A stretch of DNA of 64,000 nt from Eledone cirrhosa (GCA_964016885.1 OZ024741.1:204166001-204230000), one strand, 5' to 3'; shown: positions 28,393 through 41,385, counted from the stretch's first letter. Made by a program: numbers and translations. The notes: generated by a model from the sequence alone, not told the origin.

Positions 28393-29034
28393 CTAAACAT
28401 AACAGCTATGCATCTCATTATAATCGAATACTGCTTTGATTAATGGTCTTTCCGGGCTTATATAAAGGAAGGAAAAAACACTATCGCAACACCTAGCGGT
28501 TTCGGCTTGTATTCGTGGTCGGGTTTTTACCTTCCTTTATACCCACTCTGCTTCTTCCCACGCATAGAGTATCCCTCCGATTTGTAATCTCCACGGTCTC
28601 GACCCTACAGACTTTATGTATATATATGTGTGTGTATGTATGTGTGTGTGTGCGTGTGTGTGTGTGTGTGTGTACATACATAGACACACACATACACACA
28701 TACATACATACATACATACATACATACATACATACATACATACATACATACATGCATACACACATACATAAATACACACATACATACATACATACATACA
28801 CATATACATACATACACACATACACACATGCATACATACATATATACATACATACTTAGATACATACTTACATACTAACATACTTACATAAATAAATACA
28901 TACACACATACTTACATACATTCATACATACATGCTTACACTCACATACACACATACGTACATACGTAATTACTAATACCAACATACAGTCAACCCAATA
29001 CATCATTATAATTCTCGTCATCATATTATCACTG

Positions 29035-29617
29035 CGACCTCCACCATCACCACCACTAATACCACCACCACCACTATCACCACCACTATCACCACCACCA
29101 CCACCACCTACACCACCGCCACCATCACCACCACCACCACCAGCATCACTATCACCACCACTATCACCACTACCACCACCTACACCACCACCACCACCAC
29201 TATCACCACCACTATTACCACCACCACCTACACCACTACCACCACCACTATCACCACCTACACCACCTACATCACCACCACCACCACCTACACCACCGCC
29301 ACCAACACCACCACCACCTACACCACTGCCACCACCACCACCACCACCTACACCACCGCCACCTACACCACCGCCACCAACACCACCGCCACCAACACCA
29401 CCACCACCTACACCACCGCCACCACCACCTACACCACCAACACCACCACCACCACCGCCACCTACACCACCGCCACCACCACCACCACCACCTACACCAC
29501 CGCCACCACCACCTACACCACCGCCATCAACACCGCCACCACCACCACCTACACCACCACCACCTACACCTACACCACCACCACCACCACCACCACCACC
29601 ACCACCACCACCACCAA
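29035..29617. repeat. (ACC)n cryptic trinucleotide tract
   Basis: ACC/CCT/CCG mosaic. Confidence 0.9.
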
Positions 29618-29779
29618 CATCATTTAACGTCTGTTTTCCCTTTTCTACTAAAGATTTGTCCAATACAAATATAACGTAGGTCATCCATAAATGTTCTATG
29701 ACACCACATCGTTGCTAACCTACAGCATAGTTTTACTATCCATCTCTCTCTCTATATATCTATCTCCCCCTCTCCTCCT

Positions 29780-29811
<32 letters not shown>

Positions 29812-29969
29812 GTCTGTCTGTCTATGTATCTATCTATTCATCTATTTATCCATCTACCTATCGTTCTACTATCAATCTAACACCCCTCCCTTCTCTCTCT
29901 ATTTATCTATTTATATGTCTGTCTATCTATATATCTATTTATCTATCTATTCCTATCTATCTCCCCTTG

Positions 29970-30032
<63 letters not shown>

Positions 30033-30143
30033 CTGTCTGCCTGTCTATCTATCTATCTGTCAGTCTATCTATCTATCTCTCTGTTAATCTGTCCGTCTAT
30101 ATGTACCTTTCTGTATGTCTATATAGCCATTTACCAGTCTGTA

Positions 30144-30187
<44 letters not shown>

Positions 30188-31047
30188 CTATCCACCTAAC
30201 TATCTGTATGTCTGTCTATCCGTCTATATATCCGTCTGTCTGTTATGCTGACTGTCGTCTCTCTTTCTCTATTTATCTATCTATTTATCTATCTATTTAT
30301 CTATCTATTTATCTATCTATTTATCTATCTATTTCTCGATTTTTTTTCTCTTACATTGACGTCACGCACTGATGGAGTTTCCATCGATCTTATGAAACCA
30401 TAGCAGCGCTCAGTTCTGCTCTGTTGCTTGCTTGTGTTTATTGGAAACAACTGCTACTTGCACCATTCCGTTTCCACAGACAGACAATCTCTCCTAGAAT
30501 GCTACTAGCTCACATTCTTGCAAGTGTGTTCATGCAATACCAAGATTACAACACCTTCAAATAAAGACACACTCGGCTTGTTTAGAATAGTTTTTCTATT
30601 GTTTTTATAGGGTTTCTAAGACAGAATTCTGTTTTATACTATTATATCACAATATATCCCAAAATACATGCTATCCTATCATATCACATAAGGAAATATT
30701 GTTGTGCATTGGTGTATGAACAGAAATCGTTATTAAATCCACAGATTAAGGTATAAAATAATAAAATAATAAATAAATAAATAAATAAATACGAACGTAT
30801 AATAACACACACACACACATACACACACGCACAAGTATAGCTCTATATACAAAACGTTTTTTTTTTCCTTTTCAGGTAGACGCGATCCATCATCCACTTT
30901 TCTACAAAAATAAATCATACACAAAACGCCAACATCAACAGTTTTCCAAGAGATGGCAACATAAATGGACCTGTTATTTTTCTCTAAAAACATTTTTTTC
31001 CAATTCCACCCCGCCCATCCCTTCAATCTTTCTAATTTCTCACTCTT

Positions 31048-31083
31048 TCTTCTGATGAAGGACTAGCGTCCGAAACGTTAAGA
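31048..31083 (+). ncRNA. Minimal type I hammerhead ribozyme in a PLE terminus (30880-31167)
   Basis: UCUU-CUGAUGA-a-GGAC uagc GUCC-GAAAC GUU-AAGA. Confidence 0.85.
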
Positions 31084-31164
31084 CCCTCTTCCTGCTATTT
31101 CAAGCTTTAACCTGATATATTCCTTCCATATACTGTACTGATTGTGTTGTTATTTCCATTTATC

Positions 31165-31270
<106 letters not shown>

Positions 31271-31355
31271 GCTCTGGTACTTACATAGAGCACTCTTCAC
31301 TCCTATGACTTTTTCAATTTTCAACGGAAACTTCAATACCTATATATATATATGC

Positions 31356-31412
<57 letters not shown>

Positions 31413-31420
31413 TATAGATA

Positions 31421-31471
31421 AGATTCTACAGGACTAGAAATGTTTCATTCTTTAGAAATCATCAGGAATCT
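31421..31471 (-). ncRNA. Type I hammerhead ribozyme with 10-nt loop III
   Basis: AGAUUC-CUGAUGA-uUUC uaaa GAAu-GAAACA uuucuagucc UGUA-GAAUCU; perfect 6-bp stem I. Confidence 0.75.
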
Positions 31472-31826
31472 GGGTATCAAAAAATAAATATGGTATTTAT
31501 AGGTCTCTTCAGATGGTAGGAGAGGGTGGGGAGTGGGATGGGTGTAGGTCATTGGTTGATATAACTATATACTAGATGGCTATCTGGTGTTGTCTAAAAA
31601 GTAAAAGAATACATTTCACAAATTCATATAATTTAATTCCATTTGTTGGAGTCTATTATATTATATAGTTGCGTGCAATGTTGTTACAGTTGTCTAGTGT
31701 AACAATTGTCACAGTATATGAAGGTGTTTTATATGTATCTATGTATATGTATATATATATATATATCTATGTATAAGTATATGTGTATATATATATACAC
31801 ATAACACCAATCAAACCCCTTTTATA

Positions 31827-31871
31827 GCTCTGACGAATCCTACGGTTACGCAAGGAAGAAACATTGTAAGC
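31827..31871 (+). ncRNA. Type I hammerhead ribozyme
   Basis: GCU-CUGACGA-aUCCU...AGGAa-GAAAC auu GUA-AGC. Confidence 0.65.
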
Positions 31872-32014
31872 CAATAAAAATCTTTTGATGTTGTAGACGC
31901 TCTTGTGTTCTTTTTCATATATACGGCTCTGCTCCAAAGCGTAGAGCTAATTATTATGCTGCCAATACCTTAATGGGACACGGGTATACAATACCTAACT
32001 CCTATTAATCTAAG

Positions 32015-32100
<86 letters not shown>

Positions 32101-32305
32101 TATGTACACGTACATACATATATGTATACAGACGTACAGTAGTATGTATATATATATACATACATGCACACATATATATATATATGTACGTATGGATTCA
32201 CCGAACATTTATTATAATGCTCGGTGTGTTTGTAAACAAACATCCCGTATTAAGCCGTAGTGTCTAGCAACCATCGTTGCTCGTTTGTTCAACACTGACA
32301 AAGGA

Positions 32306-32348
32306 ACGCTGTACTAGTTTCAAGCTTATTAGCTATCGTCAGCAACGT
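32306..32348 (-). ncRNA. Type I hammerhead ribozyme
   Basis: ACGUUG-CUGACGA-uAGCU aaua AGCUu-GAAAC ua GUA-CAGCGU. Confidence 0.85.
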
Positions 32349-32895
32349 ATACCTTCCTGCCAGATGATTGAACGTCTGAAAGTATATACTTTCCTTATGC
32401 ACATTAACGGCTGAGCAGCCTAATTTGCATATCAAGTGGGTTAATCGGCCGGGTGCACCGAAAGCGATAAACGGAAAAAATGAAACGAAATTTCATTTCC
32501 CACGCTTAGTACGACTGTTACTTAAATATAAGTATGTATACGTACATATATATATGTATACAGACGTACAGTAGTATGTATATATATATACATATATGCA
32601 CACATATATACATGTACGTATGGATTCACCAAACATTTGTTTACAAACACACCGAGCATTATAATAAATGTTCGGTGAATCTAAACGTACATGTATATAG
32701 GTGTGCATGTATGTATATATATATAACAGTCGTACTAAGAGTGGGAAATGAAATTTCGTTTCATTTTTTCCGTTTAACGTTTTCGGTGCACCCGGCCGTT
32801 TAACCCACTTGATATGCAAATTAGGTTGCTCAGCCGTTAATGTGCATAAGGAAAGTATATACTTTCAGACGTTCAATCATCTGGCAGGAAGGTAT

Positions 32896-32946
32896 ACGTT
32901 GCTGACGATAGCTAATAAGCTTGAAACTAGTACAGTAGTACAGCGT
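32896..32946 (+). ncRNA. Type I hammerhead ribozyme (inverted copy with 8-nt duplication at the cleavage site)
   Basis: ACGTTG-CTGACGA-TAGCTAATAAGCTT-GAAAC-TAGTACAG-TAGTACAG-CGT. Confidence 0.75.
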
Positions 32947-33206
32947 TCCTTTGTCAGTGTTGAACAAACGAGCAACGATGGTTGCTAGACACTACGGCTT
33001 AATACGGGATGTTTGTTTACAAACACACCGAGCATTATAATAAATGTTTGGTGAATCCATACGTACATGTATATATGTGTGCATGTATGTATATATATAT
33101 GCATACTACTGTACGTCTGTATACATATATGTATGTACGTGTACATACTTATATTTAAGTAACAGCCGTACTAAGATTGGGAAATGAAATTTCGTTTCAT
33201 TTTTCC

Positions 33207-33240
<34 letters not shown>

Positions 33241-33241
33241 C

Positions 33242-33339
<98 letters not shown>

Positions 33340-33340
<1 letters not shown>

Positions 33341-34860
33341 TGCCTATAATGCATATAAATGTAAAAAAAAAAACATGAATATACCACCAATACATCAAAC
33401 TAACCATAATACTAAAATAAACCACAGCAAACCACCATCTCATTCACATACAACAAGTCGAGAAAATTCCACACCTAATTTGACTAATTCCCCTGATATA
33501 ACATTCACGAAATGTTGTAACTGTAGAAACAAAGCAAATTGCCCGTTAAACGGAAATTGCCTTATTAATAACATAGTATATAAATGTAAAATTAACACTA
33601 AGGACTCAACTTATTCTTATATAGGAGCTACTTCTAACCAATTTAAAGTAAAATTTAATACCCACAAACAGTTTTTAAAATGCCGCATTAGCTAATACAA
33701 CATCCTTAGCTGAAATAATTAATAATTATAGAAAAAAGAATATCGATTATATCCTGACCTGGAGTGTGCTCAAAAGGGCCAGCCCTTATCAAAATAATAG
33801 GTATGAATGTAGATTATGTTCCCAGGAACTTTTTGAAATAATGAAATCTAAGGATATCCTATTAAATAAGCGACAAGAATTAATTATATCATGTAATCAT
33901 AGAATTAGAAGAACTTTTAAATATTAAAAACCTAATTAATATACACTTATATTTTATAAATTATTATAATAAATTTTTTTTTTTTTTTTTAAAATTAGTT
34001 AACCTATAATTAATATTCTACTACTAATGAACTGCATAATTTTATTTCCCTTTTACAGCTATCTTTTCCTAAAATTTATACCAATAAGTATACATATAAA
34101 CTATTTTAATTTCAGGTTATGAATCTATATTCCTTGTAATCTATATAAGTTTGTTATTTCTCACTAATACATTTATCCCCCCCCCCACATTTTTTTCCCT
34201 TCGTTTTTAACAACACTCTTTAATTACTTCTAACTCTTATTTATCATATCTATATGAATTAATATAAATTTATCCATATAAATATACCTATCAATTAAAT
34301 TAATTTATTTTTTTTTATAGATCTAAATTCCTTGTTTTAAATAAGATTGATATTTTTCACTAACACATTTATCGTAAAATTTTATTCTCCTTAGATTACA
34401 TTAACATTATTCTTTAATAACATCAAATGTTCGTGTACCTTTAACCGGCTTGACCTATTTTCATCCCCAAAGTAATATTTTCATTCAAAATACTCTTTCC
34501 ATTCAAAACTGAAGTCTGCTTTCCTCTACCCCTAAATTTAATTTCTACTACTACTATTCTATCAACTTGACCACTTACTACCTTTCTATTGGTCAATTCA
34601 AAACCTGTTCCCAAACAGACCTATTGTATTAAATCTTTGTTGGGTTTTTTTCAATAAACAAATATCATTATTTCTGAAGACAGCATATGTAGGTATGTAT
34701 ATTCCCTCTGATAGTTTGTAAAAATTTTACATAGATCTATATGATATACATACCAACGCACACATATATATCCTAGAAACGATCGTAAAATGATGAATTT
34801 TTTAATATAAAGAACTGCTTCTTTGTTTTTATTCATTATTTTTATTAATTTATATATATA
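33340..34860 (+). mobile_element. 5'-truncated Penelope-like element: GIY-YIG remnant, AT-rich 3' region and HHR terminus
   Basis: CNCRNKANCPLNGNCLINNIVYKCKI...YIGAT...FNTHK, then frameshifted CRLC...LLNKRQE...CNH; flanked by (TA)n. Confidence 0.88.
34666..34795 (+). ncRNA. Hammerhead motif with ~95-nt expanded stem II
   Basis: CAUUAUUU-CUGAAGA-[long hairpin]-GAAAC gauc GUA-AAAUGAUG. Confidence 0.7.
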
Positions 34861-34901
34861 TATATAGTTTTGCAAGAGACCGAGGTAGAGTTTTAATATT
34901 A

Positions 34902-35036
34902 ATTTTATTAAGGCTAGATAGTGAGTCTTGTTACTCTGGAGTTAGGTTATCATAGGGTCATCAGATGAGATTGTTCTTGTCTACTGATCCAGGCGAAACT
35001 GTGTTAACAAGACTCACTATTTAGCTTAAATAAAAT
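34902..35036. repeat. Short inverted repeat (~32-bp arms)
   Basis: ATTTTATTAAGGCTAGATAGTGAGTCTTGTTA / TAACAAGACTCACTATTTAGCTTAAATAAAAT. Confidence 0.75.
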
Positions 35037-35038
35037 GA

Positions 35039-35070
<32 letters not shown>

Positions 35071-35173
35071 AGAAGATGAGTAATATTGTAGAACAATAAA
35101 ACTATGCATATATCCGATAAGTAGCACTCAACAGTTGGTAGAACAGGAGTATATATTAAATATATATATATAT

Positions 35174-35260
<87 letters not shown>

Positions 35261-35418
35261 GAGGAGGTTAGTTCACTTGAAGCATTGTGTAATGAGGTAT
35301 AAACGTTTGAATATGTATAATAAAGCCAAAACAATGCAGGTATGGACATAGAAAAAAGAATGCAATTGCAAAAGATATTGTTGACAAATCGTCTTTTACC
35401 TTAGATTTATTTAAATGT

Positions 35419-35453
35419 CCTTAATTTTCGAGATAATATCTCTTCTTCAGAGG
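35419..35453 (-). ncRNA. Minimal type I hammerhead motif
   Basis: CCU-CUGAAGA-a-GAGAU auu AUCUC-GAAAA UUA-AGG; palindromic AAUU stem III, short stem I. Confidence 0.55.
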
Positions 35454-35490
35454 GAAATAAAGGTCTCAAACCAGCCTTCTAAATATCTAG

Positions 35491-35605
35491 ATACTAATAC
35501 TATCTCTAAGGATGCCGCCACGATACAAAAATTCGTACGAGCATTTATGTAGTTTGCACTAGAATTTTTGTATCGTGGCGGCACCCTTAGAGATAGTATT
35601 AGTAT
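35491..35605. repeat. Inverted repeat (~44-bp arms)
   Basis: ATACTAATACTATCTCTAAGGATGCCGCCACGATACAAAAATTC and its near-perfect reverse complement. Confidence 0.85.
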
Positions 35606-36232
35606 TCTTTTTCGGGATTCTGAATTATTATTTCGTATTAGTTTATTTTTTTTGTACTGGGTGGTTGCTGGCCTTGTGCCTGGGGTAGAAACCTTTATTT
35701 CGTACTGGTCTCGGGACTCTGAATTATTATTTCGTGGTAGTTTCTTTAGTATTTTGGCCCCCCACTTGTTGACCCGTCACCGTAAGATATACTCGGTTGA
35801 TTACTTATACCTCTTAAAAGGGTCTCATTATAATTCCGTCCCACCTAGTAAACCTTTCTTTAGTCTAGCAGTACCAGTGAGAGACTTGATAGCTGTCCTT
35901 AGGTTATAGTAACCAGAAATTGTTTTTTTTTTTACATTTAATTGTTTTTTAACACTCTTGGTATTTTTCTATATATTTACCCCATATTGTTTTACTTATT
36001 GTTTCGACTTCCTCCCCCTCGCCCTCCCTAGTATCATCTTTGACCTCCTGCCCAACTGTAGTTGGCACTATCAACGCACGACTTGGTTTCCTCCACCCCC
36101 CTCTCCCTCTTTCTTCTACTGGCAGGTTCAGCTACCCCTTCCCTCCACAAATTGCCATGATAGAATTATTATGTCTCAACAACAAACTTTTGACCAATCC
36201 TTGTGACAATCACTTTTACCATATATGGAATT

Positions 36233-36328
36233 ACCCCCTGAGAAGCTCGGCTATTCATATACCAGGATAAAAATGTTCATTTAGTCCAGAATTAGCCGTC
36301 GAAACGGCTTGAGCTCAGCCGTCGGGGT
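36233..36328 (+). ncRNA. Hammerhead-like motif with altered core (CUGAGAA) and long stems II and III
   Basis: ACCCC-CUGAGAA-...CGGCUA-UUC...GAAUUAGCCG-uc-GAAACGGCU ugagcuc AGCCGUC-GGGGU. Confidence 0.55.
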
Positions 36329-36501
36329 CCTACTCGTTCCTATTACCCACTCTACTACCCTAAGTATTGAGTACTTTGGTGCGTTATGGTCCACCTGGTT
36401 CCTTACCACATTTCCTTCGTTATATATATATATATATATAAATTATTAAAAAAATAATGAATAAACAAAGAAACAGTTCCTTATATTAAACAAAAAAAGT
36501 T

Positions 36502-36640
36502 CATTATTTTACGATCGTTTCTAGGACATATATGTGTTAGAATTGGTATGCATATTCAAAAGATCTATGTACAAAATTATACAAACTATCAGAGGGAATA
36601 TACATACCTTCACATATATATGCTGTCTTCAGAAATAATG
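36502..36640 (-). ncRNA. Hammerhead motif with 104-nt expanded stem II (antisense copy)
   Basis: Reverse complement of 37289-37427. Confidence 0.7.
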
Positions 36641-37288
36641 ATGCTTGTTTATTGATAATAACAACAATTCAATACAATAGGTCTGTTTGGGAACAGATTT
36701 TGAATAGACCAATGAAATAGAGATTGAGATACATAAAAATCTATCAAGAAAATACAGTTAGGTGTGTATATATGTATGTAAATACGCTCACAGATGTGCA
36801 TAAATGTGTATGCTCATATGTATACGTATAGTGAAAAAGTGTATGTAAATATAAAATTTAGGGCTAATGTATCTGTATGTCTGTAATCAACAGACGGAAT
36901 AGATACATCATAAGTATATGAATATTGAGGCGCTCACATAAACACGCCCACACACACTTACATTTAGATGCGGAAGTAAAAGAGGTAAGGGAGTATAGTA
37001 ATTAAAGGAAAGTGTCAATCTCGACATACTTATAAAAATGTATCAATAAATTAGAAATAAAAATTTTTTTATATAGAAGGAAAAAACTCAAGAAAAGAAG
37101 ACAAAAAAAAAACAAAAAAAAAGACAAAAAAATGAGGGGGTGGTACATATATACACAGACACGCATGTCTCACAAAAGAAACATAAAAAAATATAAAAGA
37201 GAGACATAAAGTGTCATTGGTCTATTCAAAATCTGTTCCCAAACAGACCTATTGTATTGAATTGTTGTTATTATCAATAAACAAGCAT

Positions 37289-37427
37289 CATTATTTCTGA
37301 AGACAGCATATATATGTGAAGGTATGTATATTCCCTCTGATAGTTTGTATAATTTTGTACATAGATCTTTTGAATATGCATACCAATTCTAACACATATA
37401 TGTCCTAGAAACGATCGTAAAATAATG
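37289..37427 (+). ncRNA. Hammerhead motif with 104-nt expanded stem II
   Basis: CAUUAUUU-CUGAAGA-[37304-37407]-GAAAC gauc GUA-AAAUAAUG; perfect 8-bp stem I. Confidence 0.72.
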
Positions 37428-37622
37428 AACTTTTTTTGTTTAATATAAGGAACTGTTTCTTTGTTTATTCATTATTTTTTTAATAATTTATCTTGACTCT
37501 GTTTTCCGTTTATCTTTCACCGAAAGTGATTTTTGAATGCATCTCTTCTTTTCATGATATCCGGATTACATTGAGTTCTTCATACGGATTGGACACTACC
37601 GTAAACTTTTGGTAGATTTATC

Positions 37623-37700
<78 letters not shown>

Positions 37701-37920
37701 GAATTGGTGCTTTGAAATAGCGATATATATATGAATGTATATATAGTGTATTTTGCAATACACTGTATGCTTAATTAAAAGCATTTTGAAGACTTTACGC
37801 TATTGTTTTAGAGTAGTGACAGTCTCACTTCCTTTAAATTTTCAGCAAACAGGGGAGATAAAGCTGACAGAGCTCTGTTTCGTACTTTTTGGTACTTATC
37901 AAAGCTAAGTACTCCACATG

Positions 37921-38531
37921 TAAGTATGTATGTATACGTACATACATATATGTATACAGACGTACAGTAGTATGTATATATATACAAACATGCACACATA
38001 TATATATGTACGTATGGGTTTACCGAACATTTATTATAATGTTCGGTTTGTTTGTAAACAAACAAACAGCCCGAATTACGCCGTACAGTGTTCAGGCAAC
38101 CATCGTCGCCTTTTTGTTCAACACTGACACAGGAACGATGTACTAGTTTCAAGCTTATTAGCTATCGTCAGCATCGTATACCATCCTGCCAGATGATTGA
38201 ACGTCTGAAAGTATATACTTTCTTTATGCATATTAACGGCTGAGCAGCCTAATTTGTATATCGAGTGAGTTAGTCGGCCGGGCGCACCGAAAACGATAAA
38301 TGGAAAAGAATGAAACGAAATTTCATTTCTCACTCTTAGTACGGCTGATACTTAAATATATGTATGTATACGTACATACATATATGTATACAGACGTACA
38401 GTAGCATGTATATATATATATACATACATGCACACACATATATATGTACGTATGGGTTTACCGAACATTTATTATAATGTTCGGTTTGTTTGTAAACAAA
38501 CAAACAGCCCGAATTACGCCGTACAGTGTTC
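37921..38531 (-). mobile_element. Second locus of the ~433-nt HHR unit (about 1.4 head-to-tail copies)
   Basis: GACGTACAGTAG at 37959 and 38393 (period 434); diverged homologue of 32098-32630. Confidence 0.85.
38135..38177 (-). ncRNA. Type I hammerhead ribozyme
   Basis: ACGAUG-CUGACGA-uAGCU aaua AGCUu-GAAAC ua GUA-CAUCGU; perfect 6-bp stem I. Confidence 0.85.
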
Positions 38532-38535
38532 ATAA

Positions 38536-38626
<91 letters not shown>

Positions 38627-39339
38627 CATATATATATAGAGATATACATACATATACTATTTTTAAAATCACGTGGGACATATACAGGAAACAGAAAACT
38701 CAAAAGCACATGGACAATTCTCGCTCGTCAGCTCGCGCCTGAGAATCATTATAGTTTCGGATGCTTCCAATATATATATATGCTTCAATCGGTAAACAAA
38801 TATTCAGATTCATATGCTGTGTTACTGGTTTTATATGTATATATGTTTATATTGTAACGATCTCTTCAGGACTAGAACTGTTTGGTTCGTTTCAAATCAT
38901 CAGAAATTATGTATTAAATTATATATTTAACTGGGGTGTCTTCTCGATCCCCTCAGAAAACCATCTTAAGTTGAGTGAAGCAACGCGAAATATAATATCT
39001 TGCTCAAGGATACAATGCGCCGCCTGGTCCGAGAATCGAACCCATGGCTTTAAGATCGTGAACCGAATAGCCTAAACACTAAGCCACACAATATATATAT
39101 ATATATATGTGTGTGTTTGTATGTATAGTTGATAACATTAAATATCAGTTGAATGAGACGGATAAAATACTCCTGGAAATGTAAAAAATAGACAGAGCTG
39201 TGAGCATACGAGAGATTCATAGTTTGATTCCAGCAGGTATCCCTGTCCATTATTTTTCATCTCCAGGGCTATTTTACCCAACTTTTATTCAACTATTTAT
39301 AGTTTTTCGCGTTGTGGCTAAAACATTTTCAAAATTTCA

Positions 39340-39560
39340 AACTTCCCCTATGCTTCAACCGAGCTCATGGATGCTCGTGATCTACATTTGGGTCTCCTCC
39401 CAGTTGGTTTTACCCATAAAATCTGTTCAGCGATTCTTTCCTTAGAAATTCTAACCACATATCCATAGTACCGGAGCTGTGATCTCTCGATTTGGAGAAG
39501 TAGCGGATCTACCTGGAGAGACTTCTTGATCTCCAAGCTACATATCCTATCGAATAACAG
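39340..39560 (-). mobile_element. RTE LINE 3' fragment
   Basis: LQVDPLLLQIERSQLRYYGYVVRISKERIAEQIL; homologous to 47490-47660. Confidence 0.8.
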
Positions 39561-40099
39561 ATGTTTTAATAAATTTATTCCAAAAATATTATTGCTAAAA
39601 GCCTTTCTTCAAACTCTTCTATTTTTCAATATTGCACTTTCGTTGTTGCTGTTGTTGGCTCTAGGTCAACTCTTTTTGGGTAAATGCATGATCAGAGCGT
39701 TTTATCTATAACCACCCCATTTTATTTTCAGACAACACATTCTGTCATATCCGAATTATTTGGGGGAATTTTTTAAAGGCGTTAGGGTGTAGTTTGAGAA
39801 GGATTATGCTGCTGTTTTTAGCAATCGAGTGACCTCAAGGAGCTTTTCTCATGACTGTGGTGTTACGAAAGTAAAAAAACACTAGTCTATATACAACACA
39901 ATACTTTATGTTATCTCTCATCAAGTTCTCAATTCAAATATTACCGGAATCAACATTGACCCCATCGTTCCAGGATCGATAAAAGAAGTACCTAGTATGT
40001 AGTCGATTCTATTCAAATGACTGTAATCTTTATCTACACAATGTAAGAAATTAATAATTTAATCACTTCCTAAAAGAGGGAATGACATCGCACATGGCC

Positions 40100-40290
40100 T
40101 TAGGAGATTCAGCGTGACACAGTGTGTGACAAGGCTGGTCCTTGGAATTACAGCTACTACTTATTTTTGTCAGCTGGGTGGAATGGAGCAACGTGAAATA
40201 AAATGTCTTGCTCAAGGACACGACACGTAGCCGAGAATCAAACTCGCAAACCTATGATGGTCAGTCGCACACCCTAGCTACTAAGCCACC
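40100..40290 (-). mobile_element. SINE family B
   Basis: GAGATTCAGCGTGACACAGTGTGTGACAAGGCTGG...GGAGCAACGTGAAATAAAATGTCTTGCTCAAGGACAC. Confidence 0.75.
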
Positions 40291-40319
40291 CAACTTTACA
40301 ACCACAAACACTTTATAAT

Positions 40320-40678
40320 CATACACACATACATATACTTCTAAACACATAAGCGTACTTCTGACAACACACACCGACTTGTAAACACATACACGCGTAC
40401 TTATAAACACCATATACCTACTTCTAAACATATATACCTCTACTTCTAAATGTATATACACCTACTGCTAAACACGTACGCACCTACTTCTAGACATGTA
40501 CACACCTACTTCTAAATCATACACACCTACTGCTAAACATGTACACACCTACTTCTAAATATGCACACACGTACTTCTAAACACATACACACCTACTTGT
40601 AACCCCGTATACACTAACGTCTAAACACATACACCTACTTTTAACCACATACAAACGCACTTCTAAATACACACACAC
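40320..40678. repeat. Degenerate ~20-22-bp minisatellite
   Basis: CACCTACTTCTAAACACATA repeats. Confidence 0.75.
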
Positions 40679-41240
40679 CAGTCAGATCTGGCACTCAAAA
40701 GGTCTTGTACTCAAGAGGTTTGATAACCAGTCAGATCTGGTACTTAAAAGGTTTGGAAACCATTCAGATATGGTACTTAAAAGGTTTGGTTAACAGTCAG
40801 ATCTGGTACTCAAGAGGTTTGATAACCAGTCAGATCTGGTACTCAAGAGGTTTGATAGCCAGTCGGATCTGGTACTCAAGAGGTTTGATAACCAGTCGGA
40901 TCTGGTACTCAAGAGCTTTGATAACCAGTCAGATCTGGTACTTAAAATGTTTGCTAATCAGTCAGATCTGGTACTAAAGAGGTTCGATAATGAGTTAGCT
41001 GTTGTACCCAAATGGACCGATAATCTGTTACTCAAGAGGTCTGGCAACCAACCAGATCTGTTACTCGGGAGATCTGTCAAGCAGCCAGATCTGGTAACCA
41101 GTTGGATTTGGTACTCAAGAAGTTTTCCAATCAGTCAGATCTAGTATTCAAGGAGCATGGTAACCACTTGGATCTGGTACTCAAGGGGTATGGTAACTAT
41201 TCAGATTTGGTACTCGGTTAGATATGGTGCTCAAAGGGTC
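40679..41240. repeat. 33-bp minisatellite
   Basis: AGTCAGATCTGGTACTCAAGAGGTTTGATAACC, period 33 (40795 to 40828). Confidence 0.9.
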
Positions 41241-41353
41241 TGTTAAGCTGTAATGAATATCGTTTTCAAAGATCGTGTTAGCGATAAATCATTAAATTAT
41301 GGCAGATAGCATACTAAAAATATTTTCAAAGAGAGAATATTTTTAATAGCTTT

Positions 41354-41385
<32 letters not shown>

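Larger units (their letters stand above)
32098..33208. mobile_element. ~433-nt HHR-bearing non-coding unit; head-to-tail partial dimer followed by an inverted copy
   Basis: GACGTACAGTAG recurs at 32131 and 32563 (period 432); ~32634-33208 is inverted sequence of the same unit; flanked by (TA)n. Confidence 0.85.
36438..37626. mobile_element. Inverted PLE-terminus pair (~278-bp arms, ~500-bp spacer, tail on right arm)
   Basis: 36438-36715 is the reverse complement of 37214-37491; homologous to 34586-34860. Confidence 0.88.

Noticed and set aside
28884-29684. 266-aa Gly-rich ORF
   Set aside because: (ACC)n tract running into (TACA)n; low complexity only.
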